Of a stretch of 64,000 nt of DNA, positions 56,401-64,000 are shown in pieces. Source of the stretch: Eledone cirrhosa (lineage: Eukaryota). The position numbers and the translations under genes are program-made. The DNA is taken from assembly GCA_964016885.1 (NCBI GenBank), contig OZ024746.1, forward strand, positions 4,712,001-4,776,000, written 5' to 3'. Under the pieces are notes generated by a model. That model saw only the letters and a program-made list of their open reading frames with translations, was not told where the DNA came from and ran no database searches. The first letter of the stretch is position 1. Every line of letters starts with the position of its first letter.

Positions 56401-59311
56401 GTGATGGCATGTAATGTGTGATAGCATGTAATGTGTGATGGCATGTAATGTGTGATGGCATGTAATGTGTGATAGCATGTAATGTGTGATAGCATGTAAT
56501 GTGTGATAGCATGTAATGTGTGATAGCATGTAATGTGTGATGGCATGTAGTGTGTGATAGCATGTAATGTGTGATAGCATGTAATGTGTGATAGCATGTA
56601 GTGTGTGATAGCATGTAATGTGTGATAGCATGTAGTGTGTGATAGCATGTAGTGTGTGATAGCATGTAATGTGTGATAGCATGTAATGTGTGATAGCATG
56701 TAATGTGTGATGGCATGTAATGTGTGATAGCATGTAATGTGTGATGGCATGTAATGTGTGATAGCATGTAATGTGTGATAGCATGTAATGTGTGATAGCA
56801 TGTAATGTGTGATAGCATGTAATGTGTGATAGCATGTAATGTGTGATGGCATGTAATGTGTGATAGCATGTAATGTGTGATAGCATGTAGTGTGTGATAG
56901 CATGTAATGTGTGATAGCATGTAATGTGTGATGGCATGTAATGTGTGAGAAAGAACAAAAGAAAAGGAATTGAAAAACAATACAAGCAACTGAATAAAAA
57001 TTGACTAGATAATAAGTCAGAGAATTGATAAAATTCAAATACTCATGGGTCTCAAATAATTGTCTCTCCTACCCCCCACATATTAATTTTTCAGATTTTT
57101 TCCACCACCCCCACTCCACTCCCATTAAATTTTGCTAATCTATCTCCGGTGAAATTTTATTTTAAGTGGTAGCATTCCTGCAACAATTTTCTTTAAACAT
57201 TTAAAAAACATTATACACGATAAAAAAGTACATTACTAGAAATCCTATATGTAATAAAATAAATAGGATGGGTTGGGGTCTCAATATGTAAATTAAATGA
57301 CTAATTCTGGTTTTTAAAAACTCAATGAAGATGACTTAGAAAAATTACTGATTTTCTATACACACCCCTTATTTTAACCCCCAATCCACCACACATCCTA
57401 CTTATTTCCACCCACCACTCCCTACTTGTTCCAACTCTCTTGTATTCCAACGGAGACAGTTTGGGCCAGATTGGTAACTAAAGAGTTAAGCCTTCTAATC
57501 TTCTCTTCTATGCTGGAGGTTGTTATCTTCTACAAAAATAGCTTCTTTTCCTAAGCCTATATTTATAAATAGTTAAGATAATACAAGTATAAAAGAATTT
57601 AACTCCCCTACAATAGTAGGAAATATGTTGAGACAATAAATTTATCTTTGTACATTCCTCATAACATTTTCATCATTATTAATGTGGCCTCTAGGGCGGT
57701 GGACTGGCAGTATCGGTAGAGGGTCGGACGCCATGCTTTCCAGCATAGTTACGTCCCTTTACGATCTGAGTTCAAATCCCGCCGAGGTTGACTTTGCCTT
57801 TCATCCTTACGGGGTCGATAAAATAAAGTACCAGTAATGCACTGGGTATTTGCTGGCCTTGTGCCTAACGTAGAAACAATTATTAATGTGGCCTGTGCAA
57901 CAAATGAATATTACTATTGTTGTTATTGTTGTGATATTTACTTAAAGGTCTTTATGTTCTGCTGAGGTCAATTATGCCTTTTATCACTCTGGAATTGAGT
58001 AAATAAAGTACCAGTCAAGTACTGGAGTTGATTTAACCCTTTAGTTACCAGCCCGGCCAAAACTGGATTTGGTTCTATGAAATAAAGCCACCCATTTTAA
58101 AGGTTTCCAATTTAAATTAAAATTTTCCAACATAAGAACCTTACTGATGAAATAATTAATAATTTTAGCAATCCCTCAAAATTCTTCATTAACTAATTGA
58201 AATAGAGTATTTTTCATTAAAAATATGGGCATGAGAGGGCTAATCAACTTTGTCACTTCTCCAGATATGAAGCCATATGCCTATCACATCATTGTGAGGC
58301 AAACTTCTTAACCATTCAGTCGTACCTTAATATATGACAGGCTTCTGCATAGTCCCCATCTCTATAGTAGAAAATATAAATACAGTTAATACTTACTTCG
58401 ACATGCATTTGGTTGCTTTTCTCTTGCAGGTCTCCATGGAAGATCATTATAGAAATCTTCACATCTTTCACAATTGAAACCTGTTGTCCAGTGTGTACAG
58501 TTACATTTACCATGAATCTGAAAGAAGAAGACATTAATTCAGCAGCTGATAGCTTATTCTGCAAATGGCTTCTTTTTTTAATTTAGGAAGAAAATGTGTG
58601 AATGAAAACTGAAGTAGAATTAGTGTAATGTAAGATAGATGAATGAGGTGTATATATCATGTAGATCACCAACACTAGGGAGAGTGTCATATCTTTCACA
58701 CAACTGAAGTCATGTCACCAACACAAGGGAGATTGTTCTGTCTTTGACACAACTGATGGCACCAACACAAGGGAGACTGTCCTGTCTTTGACACAACTGA
58801 TGGCACCAACACAAGGGAGACTGTCCTGTCTTTGACACAACTGATGGCACCAACACAAGGGAGATTGTTCTGTCTTTGACACAACTGATGGCACCAGCAC
58901 AAGGGAGACTGTCCTGTCTTTGACACAAAGGTTCTCTTGATCTTTAGTTTAGCAACCTTTTTACAACTGGATCTCCTCTTATCACCAATGCTCTTCAAAA
59001 ATCTTGTTGATATGCAGTGTGTCTGGGCAGAGATCTTTCTTCTATAGGCTACAGACTATAGCTGTAAAGCATCAGTTTTTGTGTGATGATAGCTGAAACC
59101 TATATTGTCAGGAGTTTAATACAAGTAAAGTAAAAGACAAACACACTTACCATATCCCTAGCAGATACTCCAACAGATGCAGCATTGATGTTAATAGGAG
59201 AACAATGTGAAGAATGGCCATAACAAGAACAACTTCCACGAACAGTCATATCATACATTGCATAATAGTATTTCTTTTTGGTGTCACCTTTATCATGAAG
59301 TAATACATCAC
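18611..59311 (-). CDS. LAMB1: Laminin subunit beta (beta-1-like), 27 exons in window, 5' part missing
   Basis: Manually spliced exons all have GT..AG ends and matching phases. The product runs [20 protein letters not shown] (LN end), LE repeats, LF domain, LE repeats, coiled coil with Cys-rich beta-knob, and ends FYLSCQPQ*. This order is diagnostic of laminin beta chains. Confidence 0.96.
19618..19774 (-). CDS. LAMB1: Laminin beta exon 26 (coiled coil)
   Basis: [16 protein letters not shown]...[15 protein letters not shown]; TAG/GTAAGT. Confidence 0.88.
20540..20938 (+). mobile_element. SINE family C with (GAT)n tail (also about 26200-26518 +, 28280-28455 +, 47165-47460 -, 54178-54341 -, 63703-63870 -)
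   Basis: Shared GTTGGTGTTAGGAAGGGCATCCAGCTGTAGAAA core and CCCATGCTAGCATGGAA..GGACGTAAAA-(GAT)n end. Confidence 0.7.
21430..21606 (-). CDS. LAMB1: Laminin beta exon 25 (coiled coil)
   Basis: [36 protein letters not shown]...KKAEK; TAG/GTAAAT. Confidence 0.88.
22124..22315 (-). mobile_element. SINE family A copy with TSD TTTTGTACCATAATAAT
   Basis: Sequence match and flanking direct repeat. Confidence 0.8.
22839..22980 (-). CDS. LAMB1: Laminin beta exon 24 (coiled coil)
   Basis: [38 protein letters not shown]; TAG/GTAAGT, phase 2-0. Confidence 0.9.
23022..23245. mobile_element. Mariner-type MITE (truncated copy at about 20937-21167)
   Basis: TIRs TA-YGAGGGGTRCTGAAAAR..CCTGG / CCAGGAACTTTT.AGCACCCCCTCG-TA. 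Confidence 0.7.
23480..24355 (+). mobile_element. RTE-type LINE fragment (APE endonuclease region), degenerate, with internal 26-bp tandem repeat (about 23526-23712)
   Basis: [44 protein letters not shown] motifs. Confidence 0.7.
24587..24976. mobile_element. TIR-bearing MITE (partial copies about 9775-10122, 57038-57440)
   Basis: Termini TACT..GGGTCYCAAATAAT / ATTATTGGAAACCCGAGTA; internal sequence shared among three loci. Confidence 0.6.
25160..25332 (-). mobile_element. SINE family A copy
   Basis: Sequence match. Confidence 0.75.
25611..25786 (-). CDS. LAMB1: Laminin beta exon 23 (coiled coil)
   Basis: [41 protein letters not shown]; CAG/GTGAGT. Confidence 0.9.
26520..27020 (-). mobile_element. 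RTE-type LINE RT/C-terminal fragment
   Basis: [37 protein letters not shown]. Confidence 0.7.
28563..28739 (-). CDS. LAMB1: Laminin beta exon 22 (coiled coil)
   Basis: [15 protein letters not shown]...[19 protein letters not shown]; TAG/GTAATT. Confidence 0.88.
28859..29392 (-). mobile_element. RTE-type LINE 3' fragment with (GAA)n tail
   Basis: [22 protein letters not shown]; YGHVVRM; homologous to 42883-43420. Confidence 0.75.
29534..29715 (-). mobile_element. SINE family A copy
   Basis: Sequence match. Confidence 0.8.
30876..31055 (-). CDS. LAMB1: Laminin beta exon 21 (beta-knob)
   Basis: [29 protein letters not shown]; AAG acceptor, GTGAGT donor. Confidence 0.92.
31064..34700. repeat. 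21-bp satellite, about 170 copies, filling a laminin intron
   Basis: Unit GAGGTGATGTG(A/T)GGTTTATAT. Confidence 0.98.
34744..34979 (-). CDS. LAMB1: Laminin beta exon 20 (coiled coil)
   Basis: [16 protein letters not shown]...[11 protein letters not shown]; CAG/GTAAGT. Confidence 0.9.
35795..35979 (-). CDS. LAMB1: Laminin beta exon 19 (coiled coil)
   Basis: [17 protein letters not shown]...[10 protein letters not shown]; CAG/GTGAGT, phase 2-1. Confidence 0.9.
36263..36443 (-). CDS. LAMB1: Laminin beta exon 18 (coiled coil)
   Basis: [39 protein letters not shown]; CAG/GTAAGT, phase 1-2. Confidence 0.9.
37422..37599. repeat. Perfect inverted repeat (about 61-bp arms) around an A-rich/T-rich spacer
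   Basis: TCTGTATATATC...GAAACTAATTT mirrored at 37538-37599. Confidence 0.9.
37682..38071. repeat. 33-bp minisatellite, about 12 copies
   Basis: Unit GTATATTAGATGGTTCAATCTTACACTAGAAAT. Confidence 0.95.
38265..38456 (-). CDS. LAMB1: Laminin beta exon 17 (LE13, coiled-coil start)
   Basis: [22 protein letters not shown]...CDKCARG...[16 protein letters not shown]; CAG/GTAAGT. Confidence 0.94.
38941..38979 (+). ncRNA. Minimal type I hammerhead ribozyme (CUU triplet)
   Basis: UGAAC-CUGAAGA-UUGC(GAAA)GCAU-GAAA-GUAC-UU/GUUCA; palindromic AAGUACUU stem III. Confidence 0.72.
39361..39679. repeat. Inverted repeat (about 120-bp arms) with degenerate hammerhead cores, (TA)n-flanked
   Basis: 39361-39480 pairs with 39559-39679; each arm reads CUGAGGA...GAAAC(AUUU)GUA. 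Confidence 0.85.
39974..40070 (-). CDS. LAMB1: Laminin beta exon 16 (LE12)
   Basis: [32 protein letters not shown]; CAG/GTAAGT. Confidence 0.93.
40660..41068. mobile_element. piggyBac-type (TTAA) MITE whose 64-bp end is tandemly repeated 4 times
   Basis: Homologous to 54050-54434 and 58032-58243. Confidence 0.6.
41186..41385 (-). CDS. LAMB1: Laminin beta exon 15 (LE11-12)
   Basis: [49 protein letters not shown]; TAG/GTAAGA. Confidence 0.95.
41666..41884 (-). CDS. LAMB1: Laminin beta exon 14 (LE9-10)
   Basis: [29 protein letters not shown]...[11 protein letters not shown]; TAG/GTATGT. Confidence 0.93.
42316..42503 (-). mobile_element. SINE family A copy
   Basis: Sequence match. Confidence 0.8.
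42684..42847 (-). CDS. LAMB1: Laminin beta exon 13 (LE8-9)
   Basis: [26 protein letters not shown]...[10 protein letters not shown]; CAG/GTATGT. Confidence 0.93.
42883..43420 (+). mobile_element. RTE-type LINE 3' fragment
   Basis: [39 protein letters not shown]. Confidence 0.75.
44379..44610 (-). CDS. LAMB1: Laminin beta exon 12 (LE7-8)
   Basis: [22 protein letters not shown]...[20 protein letters not shown]...GQYCD; CAG/GTAGGT. Confidence 0.94.
45083..45350 (+). mobile_element. CRE-like retrotransposon RLE fragment
   Basis: [42 protein letters not shown] (degenerate PD..D RLE region). Confidence 0.6.
45697..45840 (-). CDS. LAMB1: Laminin beta exon 11 (LE6)
   Basis: [47 protein letters not shown]; TAG/GTAAGT. 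Confidence 0.95.
46092..46683 (-). mobile_element. Cluster of three SINE family A copies/fragments
   Basis: Copies at about 46092-46220, 46236-46410 and 46467-46683. Confidence 0.75.
46742..46931 (-). CDS. LAMB1: Laminin beta exon 10 (LF end)
   Basis: [15 protein letters not shown]...EYIRYRC...[20 protein letters not shown]; TAG/GTATGT. Confidence 0.92.
47699..47892 (-). mobile_element. SINE family A copy with TSD TTTTACTAAAAACATAAT
   Basis: Sequence match and flanking direct repeat. Confidence 0.8.
47978..48105 (-). CDS. LAMB1: Laminin beta exon 9 (LF)
   Basis: [27 protein letters not shown]...ALIDS; TAG/GTAAGT. Confidence 0.92.
48309..48349 (-). ncRNA. Minimal type I hammerhead motif (GUC triplet)
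   Basis: AUGUUG-CUGAUGA-UGGAU(AAAG)AUCCU-GAAA-CG-UC/UAGUGU; wobble-rich stem I. Confidence 0.55.
48404..48619. mobile_element. Second piggyBac-type MITE family (also about 44112-44333)
   Basis: TTAA-TCCTTTAG ... CTAAAGGG-TTAA; two similar copies. Confidence 0.6.
48684..48804 (-). CDS. LAMB1: Laminin beta exon 8 (LF)
   Basis: [32 protein letters not shown]; CAG/GTAAAT. Confidence 0.92.
48859..49347 (-). mobile_element. Non-autonomous Helitron-like element, second copy
   Basis: Same termini and internal sequence as 832-1394, without the SINE. Confidence 0.7.
49685..49843 (-). CDS. LAMB1: Laminin beta exon 7 (LF / IV type B)
   Basis: [25 protein letters not shown]...[13 protein letters not shown]; CAG/GTATGT. 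Confidence 0.92.
50064..50186 (+). ncRNA. Type I hammerhead ribozyme with branched stem II (GUC triplet)
   Basis: CCCA-CUGAAGA-AUUAUAAGA[two hairpins]UCUUAUAAU-GAAA-CG(AUU)CG-UC/UGGG. Confidence 0.78.
50470..50640 (-). mobile_element. SINE family A copy with TSD GTACATAGAATAAT
   Basis: Sequence match and flanking direct repeat. Confidence 0.8.
50858..51073 (-). CDS. LAMB1: Laminin beta exon 6 (LE4/LE5, LF start)
   Basis: [23 protein letters not shown]...[12 protein letters not shown]; CAG/GTAAGA. Confidence 0.94.
51181..52762 (+). mobile_element. Penelope-like element 3' fragment (GIY-YIG C-terminus, C/A-rich UTR, hammerhead core, AATAAA)
   Basis: 51181-51300 reads [40 protein letters not shown]; CTGAAGAAGGGCTTATGCCCGAAACGTC at 52645-52672; (TA)n on both sides. 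Confidence 0.72.
52859..52968 (-). CDS. LAMB1: Laminin beta exon 5 (LE4)
   Basis: [36 protein letters not shown]; TAG/GTAAGT. Confidence 0.93.
53129..53720. repeat. 47-bp minisatellite, about 12 copies, derived from the SINE C internal repeat
   Basis: Unit GTGCTGGTGACACAACAAAAAGCACCCAGTCTACCCTGTAGATGGTC; SINE C tail at about 53840-53890. Confidence 0.9.
54050..54434. mobile_element. piggyBac-type MITE with nested SINE C (also 58032-58243)
   Basis: TTAA-CCCTTTAG ... GAAGGA-TTAA termini. Confidence 0.6.
54607..54786 (-). CDS. LAMB1: Laminin beta exon 4 (LE3)
   Basis: [14 protein letters not shown]...[25 protein letters not shown]; CAG/GTAGAC. Confidence 0.92.
54962..55260 (-). mobile_element. 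RTE-type LINE 3' fragment
   Basis: Homologous to 28859-29160, (GAA)n tail. Confidence 0.7.
55460..55648 (-). CDS. LAMB1: Laminin beta exon 3 (LE2)
   Basis: [48 protein letters not shown]; TAG/GTAAGT. Confidence 0.95.
55686..56947. repeat. 17-bp minisatellite, about 74 copies
   Basis: Unit GATAGCATGTAATGTGT. Confidence 0.97.
57694..57883 (+). mobile_element. tRNA-derived SINE family A, full copy with 16-bp TSD
   Basis: A/B-box-like head (GAGTTCAAATCC), core CCTTTCATCCTTACGGGGTCGATAAAATAAAGTACCAG, (ATT) tail; TSD ATTATTAATGTGGCCT at 57675-57690 and 57879-57894. Confidence 0.85.
58397..58517 (-). CDS. LAMB1: Laminin beta exon 2 (LE1)
   Basis: [40 protein letters not shown]; CAG/GTAAGT. Confidence 0.93.
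58717..58928. repeat. 44-bp tandem repeat, about 5 copies
   Basis: Unit ACCAACACAAGGGAGACTGTCCTGTCTTTGACACAACTGATGGC. Confidence 0.92.
59151..59311 (-). CDS. LAMB1: Laminin beta exon 1 in window (LN end / LE1 start)
   Basis: [37 protein letters not shown]...RDM; TAG acceptor, GTAAGT donor. Confidence 0.93.
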
Positions 59312-60025
59312 CTAAAATACAGAGAAAATAGATTGTCTTAAAAATATGATTATATCAGTATTGCTTTATTCTTCAACTTTTAGCAACTTCCCATTTATCC
59401 AGTCTCTCCCCTTGGGACCAAATTTACACCTGATGGGGCGGGGGAACACTTCAGGTTTGATGGGCCCCTCATACCAAAGATATATTAAACACCCAAATTT
59501 ACATGAAAATTAGCTTGGTCTGTGTAATTGGAATTGACAAGGTATACATACAGTTGTTAAATATTAAATAAAATCAAACATTTTACATCAATTTTCCACA
59601 CTAGCATGGGTTGGACAGGTTGTCACAGTCTGGGATTAGACAGAATGAAGCAACCTCACTTTACTCATACATTACATATGTGGCATGGTTTCTACAGCTG
59701 GATACCCTTCCTAACATAACCACTTTACTTTTTTGTGTTTTGTGAGGCACCAGCAATAAAGAGGTTGTTACATACTCAGCAAGATATGTGTCTGAATCTT
59801 GGGTAAAATTATGAACTGTGGGTAAAATGTTGATGAACCAGAGCTGATTTGGGCCTGATTGGTGACTAAAGGGTTAAATAAATAAACAAGGAACTCTACT
59901 AGCAGCTGCAATTATTTACACTGTCTTTCACTCAATTTGATCTTTATTAGAGAACTACAAATATGTCACTGTTGGAAAGGGTCTATTAGATTTCAGTAAA
60001 ATTCTTCAGTCTAAAAATAAATATA

Positions 60026-60080
<55 letters not shown>

Positions 60081-60709
60081 TTATATATGTGGTGTGGTGT
60101 TGATAGTATATGTGGTGTGGTGTTGATAGTATATGTGGTGTGATGTGGTGTGGTGTTGGAGGGAATGAGCCTTAAGAAGAGAAAGTAAAGAAATATATAC
60201 AAAAGTAAAATAAAATAAAAAGGTAAAATGTTGCTTGGTAACTCAAGAAAAACTAATGAAACTATTTCACTTAAGGATCTCATGAAATAGCTAAAGATTT
60301 TCACAAATATTTTACATACTTTTATATACACACACACCACACACAGACAGACACATATAAACACACTCACATGCATACACACACACACATACACACACAT
60401 ATAAACATACTCACATGCACACATACACATACATGCACGCACACACATACATACATTATACATATACTCATTCAGAAAATGATATAAACTCCATGAGAGA
60501 ATTACATACACACATCTCCAAAATATTCACACACAAACACACATATACACACACACATACACACATATACACACACACACATTCACACACACATTCACAC
60601 ATACACACACATATACACACACACACAGACACAATTAATCACACACAAACACACACACATTTAGGATTTTTTTTAATAAGACCTAATTCAAAAAAGAAAA
60701 TGCAAAGGG

Positions 60710-60750
<41 letters not shown>

Positions 60751-61143
60751 CACATGCACATACATACATACACACAAACACATAGAGAGGGAAAAGACAC
60801 CCTGAAGATAGTTGTGTGTGTGTGTGTGTGTGTGTATATGAAGTGGGGGAAGTGAGAGGTGAAGTGAGAGGTGGAGCGGGGGTGAAAGGGGGGTGAATGG
60901 GGGTGAAGTGGGAGGTGAAGTATGGGGGGTGAAGTGGGAGGTGAAGTGTGGGGGGGTGAAGTGGTGGGGTGAAGTGGTGGGGGGGGGGGGGGGGGGGTGA
61001 AGTGGGATGGGGGAGTGGGAGGGGAAATAGAAGGAGGGAATGACTGATTCTCACCAAACTAAAGAAAATGTCAAGCTGTAAAAAGATCTAAAAAAAAATA
61101 AACACTGTGAATCCAGGGATAGAGATTAGCAGAGAGGAAGAGA

Positions 61144-61630
61144 GTGTGTGTGTGTGTGTAGCTGTCTGTGTGTGTAGCTGTCTCTGTGTGTGTAGCTGTC
61201 TCTGTGTGTAGCTGTCTGTGTGTGTAGCTGTCTGTGTGTGTAGCTGTCTGTGTGTGTAGCTGTCTGTGTGTGTAGCTGTCTGTGTGTGTAGCTGTCTGTG
61301 TGTGTAGCTGTCTCTGTGTGTAGCTGTCTCTGTGTGTAGCTGTCTCTGTGTGTAGCTGTCTCTGTGTGTAGCTGTCTCTGTGTGTAGCTGTCTCTGTGTG
61401 TAGCTGTCTCTGTGTGTAGCTGTCTGTGTGTGTAGCTGTCTGTGTGTGTGTCTGTCTGTGTGTGTGTCTGTCTGTGTGTGTGTCTGTCTGTCTGTCTGTG
61501 TGTGTCTGTCTGTGTGTGTGTCTGTCTCTCTGTGTGTGTCTGTCTCTGTGTGTGTGTCTGTCTCTGTGTGTGTGCATGTGTGTGTATGTCTGTGTATATT
61601 TGTGTGTGTATGTGTGAGTGTATGTGTATG
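61144..61630. repeat. 16-bp GTGTAGCTGTCT(G/C)TGT array grading into (GT)n/(GTCT)n
   Basis: Direct inspection. Confidence 0.92.
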
Positions 61631-62199
61631 TAAAAACGGTAATGAAAATAAGATTTCTAGTATAATGATTAGAAATAGAATTAAATGAAATGAGTTTAGA
61701 TTTGTGCTGTGGACAGGAGTACTTATGGAGCCCTCTTCTTGGTGAGACAACTGTGACAAAGTAAAGGAAGAATACTCAATTATATCCACTCAGTATTCAT
61801 TGGTTCATATTTTATCGACCCTCGGAAGGATAAAGGATAAGTTGAAACTAAATGCCAATTTCCAATATAGACACAAAACCCCAAAAATTGTGGCAGTAAG
61901 GTTGACTACATCTACCCCAGTGTTTGACTGGTACTTAATTTTTTTCAAACCAAGAATGATAAAACCAAAGTTGGCATTGGTACAATTTGAACTCGCATTT
62001 CAAAGGCTAAGTACCACCAAGACATTTTGTGTGAAGCTCAAATAATTCCAACAATCTACAATTGGTTACATAAGATGTTCAGTGGGGAGGGGTAATTTAT
62101 CAATGTATGCATAGGAAAAAGAGCAAACAAAATAGAGAAAAAAAAATTAAATAGCGAAAGTAAGAGTAAAAAGGAGGGCGTGGCTGACTACACTCTAGG

Positions 62200-62880
62200 A
62201 GGTATATCTCAGCTGCACCCTGTGGACAACATGGGAAAGGCATTGACATGGAGAACAGCCAGTGACACCTGCTGCATCAACCACACTACCTCACTGGACT
62301 CCATCCTCAAGAAGGATACACTCCTCCTTATATGGAGAACAACAGCAATTCAGGTGCCGAGGACACTAAGGTATTCAATGGCAACTATCATGCAAAGCTA
62401 TATCTTCCTCTTCTCTCAATTATGGCTGGCAGTGCCCAGGTTTCTGGCCAAAATGGCAAGGTTGCAGGAAGAGAATGTGTCACATGTGGCATTCTAAATT
62501 AGCAGTTTACCTCCCTTAAATGAGAAATGGATTATCCCACCTGGGCACTTACCATCACCACGGTTGCGGTTGACTGGCTCCAGTTGTGACAGGAAACCAG
62601 CTGTGTCAAGGCTCCTACTGATTGATGTTGTTCAATGCAGTGTGTCAAGGGAACCACCTGCACAGTGGCAGCAAGAGAATGGGTGTTGTTTGACCTCATC
62701 AACCATGGTTCCATTAGGGCATTTGTATGGCTCATACACATGGAGGCCAAGATTGTGGGCCATTCTGAAGCAGGTGCTTTCATCATCAAAGAGGGTATTG
62801 GTTGATGAGGAAGCACCGAATTGAGCCAAGCACTGTTATTTGGCTGTGTGGAAGAATGAGGGTAGGTGAGATGGTGTTGA
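62200..62880 (-). mobile_element. CRE-like retrotransposon fragment (zinc knuckle plus RLE)
   Basis: LGLHVYEPYKCPNGTMVDEVKQHPFSC and QQVSLAVLHVNAFPML; degenerate. Confidence 0.55.
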
Positions 62881-63662
62881 TTCAATACTATGACCACATC
62901 TCATTAAAAATGTAAGTCTTCTCTCTAATACAGCAAATTGTCACATCAAACATTTGAACTAACTTGTTTTTAGATATGTTCTGCCCAATCATTACAAGAT
63001 GTTAAGAGTTAAAGTAAGTGTACTCTAAATGAAGGTAATTTCTTTTATTAGCTAACCAGAAAGGGGAGGGAACAGAGCCCACAATCTTTGTAAGCACTCC
63101 TAAACTTGTGAGATTGGCTGGCTTAACTTTAATAGATCAACAACTGCAGAAATAAATGTGAGGACAGAGGGAACTCCATTATTGCTGCAACTATAGGGCA
63201 GGATGTTTAAATTATTTTTCTTTTACTAATTTCAGTCATTGGGTAGTAGTCATGCAGGTGCACTAACTTCAAGGGGTTTACCAATTTTATTGCTCTCATT
63301 ATTTTGCCTGATACATATTTTATTGATATCAAAACTCTACTAAAGTGGGTGTAACTTGACAAGTATATGTGTTCAATGCTACAATTTATCATGAACACAC
63401 TCATACATACATATAAAGGGCTTTACAAAGGGTTTATGTCATACACATAGTTACACAAATATATATAATCATCATCAACAGTTATACAAGCAGATTTGTC
63501 CATATTGGAATGAGTTGGAGGCAGAATTCTATGACCAGTTTCCTCACACCATCCTTTTTAAAGTAACATACAGGTAACTGCATGTCTAACTGTTAAGCTG
63601 CCAGGTTCCTGATTATGTAGTACATAGACAAATATCTCCACATGTGATAACCATACACACAC

Positions 63663-63704
<42 letters not shown>

Positions 63705-64000
63705 TTATCATCATTATCATTTTTACGTCCGCTTTTTCCATGCTTGCAAGGGTGGGACGGGAACTGATTCTGGCTTGATTTCTACAGCTGGATGCCCTTC
63801 CTAACACCAACCTCATTTACAGTGAGTGCTGGGTGCTTTTTTTGCCGTGTCACCTCCACGACCACTTTGCAGTGGAATGATAGGGACCCCAGTCTTTATC
63901 ATCTCATTTCTACAGCTGAGTAAACTGGAGCAATGTGAAATAAAGTGTCTTGCTCAAGGAAACAACACATCACCCGGTCTGAGAATTGAACTCACAACCT

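Noticed and set aside
55649-57038. Three overlapping His-rich ORFs of over 420 aa
   Set aside because: A 17-bp satellite with no stop codon on the minus strand, so all three frames are open. Intronic.
60843-61025. G-run cluster with G-quadruplex potential
   Set aside because: A degenerate GGGGTGAAGT simple repeat among microsatellites, with no evidence of function.
63085-63150. Possible upstream laminin exon (DLLKLS after a CAG)
   Set aside because: The frame hits a stop after QPISQV, the expected NLR..F.KLHTL motif is missing and there is no suitable donor. The 5' exons are probably outside the window.

Overview
AT-rich, repeat-dense eukaryotic (animal) genomic DNA. The SINE/MITE content and (TA)n density suggest an octopod cephalopod, but that is from recollection and is unverified. 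One protein-coding gene is well supported: laminin subunit beta (LAMB1/LanB1-like) on the minus strand. I traced 27 GT-AG exons by hand (59311 to 18611, 4577 nt, consistent phases, about 1525 aa). They run from the end of the LN domain through the LE repeats, the LF domain and the coiled coil with beta-knob to the stop. The 5' exons lie beyond the window. The rest is tRNA-derived SINEs, RTE and CRE-like LINE fragments, a Penelope-like fragment, non-autonomous Helitrons, mariner- and piggyBac-type MITEs, and many mini/microsatellites. All long ORFs in the track are satellite artefacts. The main unexplained signal is nine type I hammerhead-ribozyme motifs from apparently unrelated short elements, most inserted in (TA)n tracts and several paired with an inverted copy of themselves. 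Several look structurally complete (44-79, 16928-17000, 38941-38979, 48309-48349, 50064-50186). One carries the compensatory U3-A8 core, and its inverted duplicate ends at the predicted cleavage site. All folds were derived by eye and no activity is demonstrated.
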